From Squalus acanthias (taxonomy: Eukaryota), in contig CM059443.1 of assembly GCA_030390025.1 (NCBI GenBank), positions 15,934,001 through 15,998,000 of the forward strand: 64,000 nt of DNA, given 5' to 3'. How positions within the stretch are numbered: position 1 is the stretch's first letter; the number at the start of each line of letters is the position of its first letter. The position numbers were made by a program, and so were the translations under genes. The notes under the pieces were generated by a model. It made no database searches. It was not told the DNA's origin and was given only the letters and a program-made list of their open reading frames with translations. Of the stretch, positions 39,601 through 51,600 are shown in pieces.

Positions 39601-42600
39601 TCATGTGGTGTATTTGGATTTTCAGAAGGCATTCGATAAGATGCCACACAAGAGGTTATTAAACAAAATTAGGGCTCATGGGATGGGGGTAATATACTAG
39701 CATGGATTGAGGATTGGTTAACGGACAGAAAACAGAGAGTAGGAATAAACGGGTCATTTTCGGGTTGGCAGGCTGTAACTAGTCGGGTACCGCAAGGATC
39801 AGTACTTGGGCCTCAGCTATTCACAATCTACATCAATGATTTGGATGAGGGGACCAAATGTAATATATCCAAGTTTGCTGATGATACAAAGCTGGGTGGG
39901 AATGTAAATTGTGAGGAGGGTGCAAGGAGGCTTCAAGGGGATATAGACAGGCTAAGTGAGTGGGCAAGAACATGGCAAATGGAATATAATGTGGAGAAAT
40001 GTGAAGTTATCCACTTTGGTAGGAAAAATAGAAAAGCAGAGTATTTTTTTTTAAAATGGTGAGAGATTGGGAAATGTTGGTGTTCAGAGGGACCTGGGTG
40101 TCCTTGTACATGAATCACTGAAAGTTAACATGCAGGTACAGCAAGCAATAAGGAAAGCAAATGGTATGTTGGCCTTTATTACAAGAGGATTTGAGTATAA
40201 GAGTAAAGACATCTTACTGCAATTATATAGGGCCCTGGTGAGACCATACCTGGAGTAGTGTGTAGTTTTGGTCTCCTTACCTAAGGAAGGATATACTTGC
40301 CATAGAGGGAGTGCAACGAAGGTTCATCAGACTGGTTCCTGGGATGGGGGGATTGTCCTATGAGGAGAGATTGAGTAGACTAGGCCTATATTCTCTAGAG
40401 TTTAGAAGAATGAGAGGTGATCTCATTGAAACATGCAAAATTCTTACAGGGAGGATATTTCCCCTGGCTGGGGAGTCTAGAACCAGGGGTCACAGTCTCA
40501 GAATAAAGGGTCGGCCATTTAGGACTGAGATGAGGAGAAATTTCTTCACTCAGAGGGTGGTGAATCATTGGAATTCTCTGCCCCAGAGGGCTATGGAGGC
40601 TCAGTCATTGAGTATATTCAAGACAGAGAGCGATAGATTTAGAATATTAAGGGAATCAAGGGATATGGGGATAGTGCAGGAAAGTGGAGATGAGGTAGAA
40701 GATCAGCCATGATCTTATTGAATGGCGGAGCAGGCTCGAAGGGCCAAATGGCCTACTCCTGCTCCTATTTCTTATGTTCTTATTACAAAAGCTAGCATTA
40801 AGAGCACAAGATAGAAAAAAGTCACGGGGGGTATGGCTGAGGTGTTGTACCTTGATCATTCTGTAAGTGAGGAGAAACAGAAATCTTATCGGGCAGAATG
40901 GACTCTTGCACTACAGGAACAGACAATACTTGGCTATTAATGAACAACAAATCCATTTATAGCAACATAGCTACAATGTTGCGATAGCAAAATACTGCGG
41001 ATGCTGGAAATCCAAAATAACAACAGAAAACGCTGGAAAAACTCAGCAGGCCAGGCAACATCCGTGGAGAGAGAAACAGAGTTAACGTTTCAGGTCGAAA
41101 CCCTTCGTCGGAACTGAGAACAGAGCAGGAAATTAAACAGATAAAAATGCAAGGGGGAGGCTGGGGGGAGGAATAAAAGAACAAAAGGGATGGTCTATGG
41201 TAAGTAGAGACATTAAGAGATGCTCAAGGCAAGACGAGATGGTAATGGGACAGGTTAAGAAACAAAAGGTGAGGTGTGAAATGCTGGCAGAATGAGAGAC
41301 AGCTGCCGTGGGGGGAGAGAGAGAGGGAAAAAAAGGAAAAAGGCACGGACCAAAAGGGTGGATAAAATGTATACATATGTGGTAGGGGCTGGGGTTATGA
41401 TCTAAAATTGTTGAATTCTATATTGAGTCCGGAATGTTAATGGACTTCACCAAGAAACAGCCCCCAAGTCTGTGCGCAGATTATGTTTTGGCTAGTCCTG
41501 ATTATACCCAGGACTTCACACTCCACATGGATGTTTCAGACAGGAGTGTTGAGCCAAGTGAATAACTGAGGGGAGGGACACCGCATTGTTTCCATGAGCT
41601 TCAAGTTAATGCCACAGGAAATGGTGTACTCAGTGGTTAAAAATGATTGTGTCAGTGCTGTGTGGACATCACAAAGACCCCAATTGTTTGTGACCTATTC
41701 TGACCAAAATCCTTTTGCATCCTTAAACTAACATAACAAAAATGTGCTGCTGTTACAGTGGAACATAACCGTAGATGCATATAATATGGCCACCAGGAAA
41801 GAACAGTAAATGATAAACCAAACAGGCTATTGTTACAGAACAGTTGGCTCACATGGACATTATAATGTAGGAAACTTTTTGATGGAAAGGGGTGGTGGGA
41901 TGGAGTGTTCACATGGTAGGTTCAGTTAAAGGTGATGCTTCAGTTCATTTGATTTTATCCTTCCAGAACACTAATCCTGCAATCATCCATGACAGCATCT
42001 AGCCGTTTCCTATAATGAGTCCAATGTCTGGCCTCAACTGCCCTTCCTGGAAATCCATTTCAGCTGTTGATCACGCTCTATGAAAATATTTCATGATGTT
42101 TGGCCTAAATTTACTCTTTACAACCCTCAACCTGTCACCTCTTACTGCTTAACATAAATGAACATATTGTTATGGATTTCCTGTTAAGTATCTTACAGAC
42201 CTTTAGATGGTTCTCGATGAAATTTTTTTGACGGGCTGAAAGGACAATTTGTCAGTCCTTTCCTTTTGTACTTTGGATCAGTTACCGCATTATTTCTCAG
42301 GGCTGACAACCCCCTTATATCATGGTGACCGCTAATGTACACAGTATTCCAGATGTGGCCTGCCCAGGCCAATGCAGTTTTCACGTGACTTTTGGGATAT
42401 GAAGTTCCTTGATTTGGCCATCTACTAAAGCATCCTATTCACTTTGTTTATTGCTATTGCACTTTGCTTGGACATGATAGAGGATGAGTCTACACCAGTA
42501 ACTCTCTCAAATTACAGCTTGCCAAGTTCTAAAACATACATGAAGTAGATTGAGCTCCTATTTTTACTTCTGACATGAATAATTTCTGTGTAATTTCATA

Positions 42601-45600
42601 TTCTGCCCAATCGTTACCCTCTACATTCTCTTTAAATGCTCTGCATTTTTTTCTTGAATCTATTTTTTATTTTCTATTTTTGATCCATCTTGGAGAATTA
42701 ATTCCCTGCCTTTACTGCACAAGGTATGTATTTGCCCTACACAATATTTTTGAATATGACCCATTTATTGCCAACAGACTTATTCTTCATGAATACTCCC
42801 AGCCTATGTTACTAAACACAGGTCATATAACCTGAATACAAAAGCAAAATACTGCGGATGCTGAAAATCTGAAATAAAAACAGAAAATGCCGGAAATACT
42901 CAGCAGGTCAGGCAGCATCTGTGGAGAGCGAAACAGAGTTAACGTTTCAGGTCGATGACCCTTCGTCAGAACTTCATATAACCTGAAGTTTGCCTGCCTA
43001 AAGTTGTATGCGAGGGTTTTGTTATGTGCCTGTGCTGTTGTTGCAAGTGTGTGGCTTTGTCCATAGACTTTTAAAAAAGTGTGGCTGTTCAAGATTTGAA
43101 ACCAAAAAACACTTTAATTCCACGTTGAAATTGATGCGCAGCTATAACTGCTAATGACAGCTACAGTGTAATAACCAACTTCCATTTCCTGATCAACACT
43201 GATCGAGTCATCCATTGTTTCTATGGGCAACATGCAAATGAAGGTGCACTTACAATCAAAAATGCATGTTAAATAAGACGGGAAACTATGTTTGTTATTG
43301 GAACTGGTTAGTCTGCTTCAAGTGTGATATCATTAACCTCCGCTGCTGAATATTTCCAGATGTGATTCACTGAATTGCATATTACTTTATTATTAACTAT
43401 ATTTATTTATGAAGAATGATTGGCTGGATACTTAACTTCAAAGAACATTCATTTGATAAGAACAGATGAAGGGCTGTGCCTGAAACATTTTCCCTTTCTT
43501 TACAGATACTGCCTGACTTGCAGTTTCCAACATTTTCTGTTTCAGATTTGCAGCATCTGCAGTACTTTGTTTTGATTTTGATAAGAACAGGAACTTGCTG
43601 CAGCTCAGAAGCTGACCTCTGAATTCTCAGACTGGGTTCAACAGTGTGGACTTTGTAACGTATGGTTTGTGTTACATACATAACCGTTCAATTCCAAATG
43701 ACAGAAGGCGTATACTAGAGAGAGGAGGAAAAAGGGATTGTCGTTGCGGTATAATTATTAAAACTTTGCTGTTTGAAAGAGAGAGGACCGTAACTGTGCT
43801 TCTGGAGAAGTTATTGGAAAGTATAAATTAATCCCTTTATGGTCTTTGCTCATCAGCTTTCTGTTTAGTATTGCATCCTCAATATCTACTGAAGTCTGTT
43901 ATATGTCATTTTCCCCAATTAACTGTATATACATATTTTTAGTCACTTCAACCACTAAAAGCCTGATCTGCATTGATATTCTAACAATTTTATTGCACAG
44001 ATCACTCCAATTAGGATAATTGTTAAATCTACAGGCATGCACATCTGCAAGGGAAGAGTACAAAAAAGATATAACTTTGGATAATAGGGGACAAGAAAAG
44101 TGCACCTATAAGAACTACTAACAGATTGTTGAGAAACGGATCAATAAAAACCTTAAATTGTAATGAGATGCAATACTGAATGAACTATACAGACCAGGAA
44201 GGTTTCAGGTTCAATCTCTGGTGCTGAATTTGCCACACTCAGCTAGGAAAATGGTGAAAGTGGTACAACTGGCTTCATCTTTTCTGAGTAAATCAGCAAG
44301 AATTCCTATTCCTAATCAGTATTCACAGATCCTGGCTGGAAAACGTACACACATAGATGATGGGTAAGGACTGGATTAAGTCGGCTAAGATACGCATGGT
44401 CGAATACCCTGTGCCCATGCATGCTCACACAGTGCCCAATTGGCAAGATACTGGAGCCGTACCCCAGTGACTCATCAGTTTGAGGAGAAAACAATTGGTG
44501 GGGGGGGGGGATGTTGTTTGGGAAGAAAGTAATCTTATGTCCCCTGTTCACTTACAATTAGATTACACACTTGTGCCAGGCACACAGCCATCTCTATACA
44601 TCAGGCATCCTCACAAGTGAGATAGACAATTTATACCACACATCATTGCATATAACATCGAATCAGAGAATTGACAACATAAAAAATGGCTTCTTCTTCT
44701 TACAGTGGCATCAACATATCCAATTCAAAATCCATGCATCAATATAGTGCAAATTTAAATGCTCATGGAAGTAACACGATGGCTGCGTACGTAACAGCAG
44801 TATGGAGTGGGATCGTACAGGTTTAACTCTCATCTACTTTTCTGCCTCACCTATGTCAAACAGGGAGTGAGAACTGCAAGAATCCTTACTAGGTTACTGT
44901 TATATACTCCTATCTGCCAATAGATGACATCTGCAGGGCTATGGGAGCAGACCAACTGCCTATTCCTTTGGCTGCAAGTCCATGTGACCAGGCAGCTACA
45001 AATTTAACGTGGCCAACATGTAATATTAAAAAAATGCACAAGGATCGATGAGATAACAATTAACACAAAACCATAACTCAGTCACAACTTCACTTGAGAG
45101 TTATCAGGTCAGTCAACATTTAAGACATAAAAATGATGCTCCTGAGCTCATCATGTACACCATATCTATATTGTTGTTAGACGTTTACTCTTGTTTAGAT
45201 GCTCCAAATTCAATAAATTCCAATTGTTTCCAGCAGTGTTACATACCGTATGACTAATTGAGGCTGTAGAACTGTTGATAGATGGAGACTCTTTGTCTGA
45301 TGTGCTGTTCAGGGTTACAGAAGAGGCTGTGGTACCTTCCTCGCTTTGTTTGCTCACACCATTGGTGCCACTGCTGGCAACTGGAATATACATAAATAGG
45401 ATTGCAATTAGATTCAATTGTGCAGCTCTCATACAGTACTGGCTTTGGGTTACTTGAATAAGGACAGTTATCAGGAAGTGGATATAGCTGGAAGATAATG
45501 CTATAGAGGTATGCAGCATGTTCAGCGCTGCATTTCCAAATCACCCATTCATTTCAAAAGGCAGAATGTTGGCACATACAACAGAAACCATTCAAGCGAA

Positions 45601-48600
45601 CTGAGGAGCAAACTCTCCAGATCGGATTCAGTAAACAAAACAGATCTTCTGAAATACAGGAGATTGGACTGTACAGCACATACTTGTAGAAATGCTCAGT
45701 TAAAGGAAATATTTACTTGCACAGACGCAACTGTCATACTTTAAGCGCTTTAAAGAAAGGTTGGGTATCTGTTACAGCAGAAAATTTTCAGTTAGAATTT
45801 AGTACGGTCACATCTTATCCTCCATTTCTACATTCTTTCAACTTCCTCGAAGTTGCTGCAGCTATAAAACAATCAATCATTGACCTAAACAACCCCACAA
45901 CATGACAACAGCCATATAAACCAACAATGGGGGTGGGGAGGGTAAAGCAGGTTCTGCCTCCTTACCAAAATAAACCACACACAACCTCCTTCATTGCTGT
46001 CCAACCCCTTCTGGTTACTTAGATTTCATCAATATCTGTAGTATATGAAGCACACTTTAACATCCATACTGAGTTATGCTGAAAACCTGGCATGTACAAC
46101 TGAGAGGAGGAGTCACCATTTCACAGGTGATTTTCTGATATTACATGCTCCTATTCCAAGTGTCGTGCTAGCAATAACAGCTTTGTTGAATTTACCCAGT
46201 ATTTCTTCTGTGACTCCCACTTTTGAGAGTGTCCTGGATACTCAGTACCAAGGAAATTTAGTGAGCAATTCGGGAGCGTGCCGTTCTGCAGCCGTTCTGT
46301 ACTCCCAGCTGCAGGATTATAGTTGGAGGGCGGAACTGTCAAGGAGGAAATACAGGGAAAGTCAAGACATTTACAATTTGGGTAGGTGCTATTTCTCATC
46401 TATCCAAGCAAGCCAAATTGTAATCCAAGAACTATCCTCCAGACAAAGTAAACCTCCACCTAGCTGTGTAATTTTTTAAAAGCCAACAGATAATGGCTCC
46501 CTTAGTAAAGCTGAAGGGTTCAAATGTTTAGTGACAAATTTACATTGCAACTTCTCATTTCAGAAGTGTTTTAATGGAGAACGTCAAGTTGATGACATGG
46601 AAGAATATCTAAAATTTAATCCATAACATCACCAGTAAATAGGCCATTAAAAACATAAATTTGAAAGCTAATATTCAGATTACAATTTCAAAAAGGGATT
46701 CATTACTCATCAAAAAAAATTAATTTTGTATTAGTAATTAATATTTATAATTGGATATTATCCATGCACACAGCCAGATGACAAGTAAGAATTTGCAGTT
46801 TTGGTCACCCTACCTGAAGGATGTACTGGAAAGGGTTCAGAGAAGAATGACCGGGATGATTCCAGGCCTTATGGGACTAAGTTCTGACTCAAGCAACTAA
46901 ACATTTTTGTTGTTTACTGGTAAAAAGATTGAGGGAGACATAATAAAGGACTTTAAAATAATGAAAAGCATAAATAATATTGAAGTAAACGACCTCTTTA
47001 GCTTGGATAACGAGCACAGAACTGGAGAACACAAATGATAAATTCCCACGCCTTAAGCAAGGTTAGAAATTAGAAATAAAAATCTTTCCTGCCCCCAGAC
47101 GGATAGTGAACATGTAGAGCAAACTCCTAGAAAAGGCAGCTGATTTGGGGTGGGGATACTGACACCCTTAAACGGGAGCTGGATCTGTAGAGAAGGGGGT
47201 AATGAGCGTTATTGAGATATTCATGGCCCTGCTTAAAGTTTTTTCAGGGGATGTAAGGGAAGTGTTCTTTAAAGTAGGTGATCAACAGATGGGGTGGAGG
47301 TGGGTGAATAATCACGCATAGTCTCTCGATGAAGCAGTTTTGATTGGATTAATTGTCTTTTCTCGACCCAAATGTTATGCTCTTCAAATTTCTTGGAAAA
47401 TGTGGGTATTCATTTTTAATAAAATTATTCTTTATGCAGAGGATTGCGAGAACATGAAATACTTTAAACAGAAGGAGGAGTTGAGGCAGAGATTAAGGGA
47501 AAAGTGGATAAATAATTGAAGCAGAGGAAGATCAGGGCAGTGAAATTAGTTTTTAATTTTTCTAGTCAAGAGCCAGTACAGACAAAATGGGCTGAATGGC
47601 CTCCTTCTGTGCTGTAGTTTCCTACATTAACAAGAGTGACTACACTTCAAAAGTTTTTCATTGGCTGTAAAGCGCTTTGGGACATGAAAGGCGCTATATA
47701 AATGCAAGTCTTTCTTACTTTCTTTCTCCCTGTAAACGTCCATGACTATCTAAATCACTGCCTGGGAATCCAGACTCAACAGCATCAATATCCTGCCCCT
47801 TTCACATTGTAACTTTCATAACTGGTATGTTTGTTTCTGAAGAAAAGTTTTGAATCTACCTTGAAGAGCTAGCGGCAGCATGGTTATTTAATGAGCTAAT
47901 TATGCAACATTCTTTAACAAACCATTTCTGTAAATCCTTCCTGAACAGCATTACCCCAATTCTACAATTGCTCACAAACAAATAGCTCAATCACACAAAA
48001 ATGCAAAGACTAAAGTATACAGGATACAATTAGTTTAATCTGTAGCAGTGTGAGCTGCCACAAGAGAATACTGCAAAACAAATTCATACACATATATACC
48101 TGAAAGTACAAAAACTTGACAGACTCCACCCATTGGAAAAAAAGACAAAGAGCAGACAAATCCAGCAAGACTAGCATTAGCATTTATTGGTTTTGATTTA
48201 GATTGTTGAGTTTGTTAGAACTGCAAATGTGACTAAATGTTTTGAAATACATTCTGTATTTTTCTCATCAAAGACAATGAGCAATCAACTTTGTAAAACT
48301 GATGTCACTCAAGCACGCTTATCTCCCTCGTACCAACATTTGTGATCAGGAAATTGACATAGAAATATTTATATCGATAACAGCAAAGAGCTTTCTAAAC
48401 CTGCTGGATATGTGCAGAGGGAAATTATAACTGAATGGGTTTCGTGAGATGTGCACTATACAGGAGATCCATGGCCCACTCTTGACTGGGCCTGAATCAT
48501 ACTAACTGGGAACAAAGATGGTTGGTCACATTGCGGCTGCACTGCTCCAAGATAAGCTTCTTGTCCACCAAAGGTAGGAACTACAGGAATAATGTTCTAA

Positions 48601-51600
48601 AAAGTGTGGCTGAAGCTTTTGAATGCTTCCAATTAACCAATAGTTCAGAGGCTACATTATTAAAAAATAGTTAAGAACCTCCAACGACAATTCACTACAT
48701 AACTTCCCATCAATATACGCAGCCTATAGACCAAAGTAGTTTCTTGCATATGAAACATCATGACACAAGATATTTTTTTTTCCATATATGCAACTCCTGG
48801 ATACATAATTTTTGATCCAAGCACAACATTCTATGCAACACACTCTTATACAGAATCCCATTCTTCTCCAATGTATAAATATATTCTCCAACGTTTCAAG
48901 AAAATGAGTTACACGTCTGTTAAGATTCAGATTCAATTCTGTAAGTGTAAATAACTGCACATCACTCCACCAAATGGAGAATTACAGAGATGGCAACAAG
49001 AAGAAAATGTATGAAACAGCAAGTTATCCATACAAAAGATTGGCAAAATGCTAAACAAATGAAAGCCTTGCCGTAAACCATAAAATTAGCTTATAACAAT
49101 CAGTACTGATCCATGCAATGAATGTCTATCATCTCCAGATCAACAGACTGTCATAGTTCTCTTCCTTCATGTGAAGATGCATTTTTTTTTTACACTGTTC
49201 TGGATTTCTATAATGGTGCAACTTGTACTGTAACATGCTCACAATCACTGAGCTGGATTAGTAGCAATGCGTTGCCATCAACAGAGAAGGTGAGAGATTG
49301 AGTGTGGGAAGATCCACAGAATTCTGAAATTCTGAAGCAAGATGCCATAGCATGGCCTGAAGCGCATTCAAATTCCTCTCTTCATTCTTCCATTTCATTG
49401 AGCACTGCTTTTCCCTCTACTTTTTCTCACTTCTTCCCCAATTTCATTACTTCTTTTACTGGTTTTCATTCCTACTTTTTCTTTTTGATCCTGTTTTAAC
49501 ATTTATCTTTGATTCTATTGATTTCTCTTGTTCTAATTCTTTAATTCTTCTTTTTTTAAAACATGTTCTCTATCCATTCCTTTTATTCTCTTTCCTTTTT
49601 ATTGCATTGTGTTGATTCTCTTCTTTTTCAATCCCTGCAGAGGTACAGAGTCTGTTCCATCAGTTACTGCTGCCAAGTCATGAATAACAGCTGCCCTTGC
49701 TCCTACTGTGAATTGAAAACCCCAAGCACAAGGATCATTTAAGTCCAGGATGAGGTACTGGCAGTGAAAGGGATGTGCTAGGGGAGGGGTTCAGTGCACA
49801 CAATCTGTGAAAAGCAAGCATTTCATATGGAGCTTGCGGATGGATGAAAATGATGCATCACCAGCCCTTGTACAGGACCATACCAAGTATCCACGATTCA
49901 ACAACTGCAGCACAATCCACTGGTTTTCTTGTGCATATTATAATAGTGATGATTATTCAGAGCCCTGCACTTCGTGTTGTTATTAGATGTTCCAATCTTT
50001 CCCACATGTTCAATGATAATTGGCTCACTGGTTAGGCCCTGGTTCCTAGGCGCAGTGTAAACGAAATTTCCTTTATGGTGGCTCACGCAGATTCTCCAGT
50101 GGTTTAAATCTGAATCCTGGCTTTGTGAAGGGTGTGGTTCCCCTAGATGTTCTTTAAATTGTGTCAGCTGTTTGAGTCGACTAGATGAACAGTCTTTGTG
50201 TACATGAAGATTAAAGGTACATTCCTTTACAATTTAAAATTTAAACTGAAAGATTCTCAGAAATAATCCTTACCTTTGTTTAAAAAAAAAGGTTCACTGG
50301 TGCTTACAGCAAAATCAGTCATTTGCAGGAGAGTGATTTGGATGTAGTAACTGGGGGAGGGGATGTGGGGAAAGGGAAGGGGGAAAAAAGTACAAAAAGG
50401 AGAATTTGGGGGAGGGTTCACAGCTGACCATAGCTGGAGGTGGGAACATGGAACATTTCAGAGCTAGTGAATCCCCACAGCTGATTGGTGTTTACGTAAA
50501 CACCAATGAAACAATTGTGCTTATTAAAGCAAACATCTCAGAATTTGAATTTATATTTCAGGTGAGGTTTATTTTGAGGATTACATTTAAATTGGATGAA
50601 AATTGTAAGAGGAATGCAGCTTTAATAGCATATGCAGACTGGCAACAAAATCTCTGAGAGGTTATACAGTACAAAGAGGAATCGCAGTTCCAACCAGTTA
50701 CCGTTTTGTGTAAAGGACTTCGGCTGTGGTGGCTGCAGGACAGCTGGACGTAGGACGCTCCGCTGCTGCTCCTTGGACTTCTGACTAGGAAGACCTGCAA
50801 GACCAAACAACTGATTTTACATCACCTCAGCTTTGTTGTTATTCAAGCATACTGCTTTGAATAAAGCTGCAATTCTAGTATAGTACAACACTGTGTTGTA
50901 ATGTTAAGGAGAACTGTTCCAAAACAGTCACCCCTCCTCTGTTGAACAGTGTTCGGGTGCAGATCGTGTTGCTACAAAGCAAAACAGGGACGGTGAGTAA
51001 CTCTCAGAGTTTTTAAAAAACACATCACTGAGTGATGAATTTTACTGGTAGAAAAGCATCTCTGGGCAATCCATACAACCTCTAGCCAGGTACATTTCCA
51101 CAAGGAAATGAAAGCTGCAAGCAGCAGTAAGATTAATACAGGAAATTGAGCAATAGTGTCCTGTGCTGATTAGAAAGATGTTTAAACATCAGCATAGCAG
51201 TTTAATTCCAAAAAGATGCCTAACAGAAAAGGGAAGGGAGTTATTGCTATTGCACTAGAGTTCAGAAACTGAAGACTTAACCCTCTAGTATCTGCAGCAT
51301 TGAAGCTCCCCCCTCCATGGTTGTCACAACGTCGCAGCCAAACAAAAGGTACAACTGGTTCATGGTAACTGCAAAGTGATTCACCAGTGTATATCATGAA
51401 GTAAATGGTCATACGACCAAGTAGAGATGTGGAATAAGGTTGTGCATGTGACCATAGTCTGCGTTATAATACATTAGTCTGGGAACGCTTAAAGTTCCAA
51501 ATACTTACCTCTATAATACAGTTCCAACATAATGCAGTTTCTGCTGAAGGATTTACTATGACATAGGAACATAATCTGTGCAACACATTGGATTGGAGCA

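Noticed and set aside
49370-49640. Long pyrimidine tract ending in cag on the + strand (possible antisense acceptor)
   Set aside because: Low-complexity sequence with no supporting exon or ORF.
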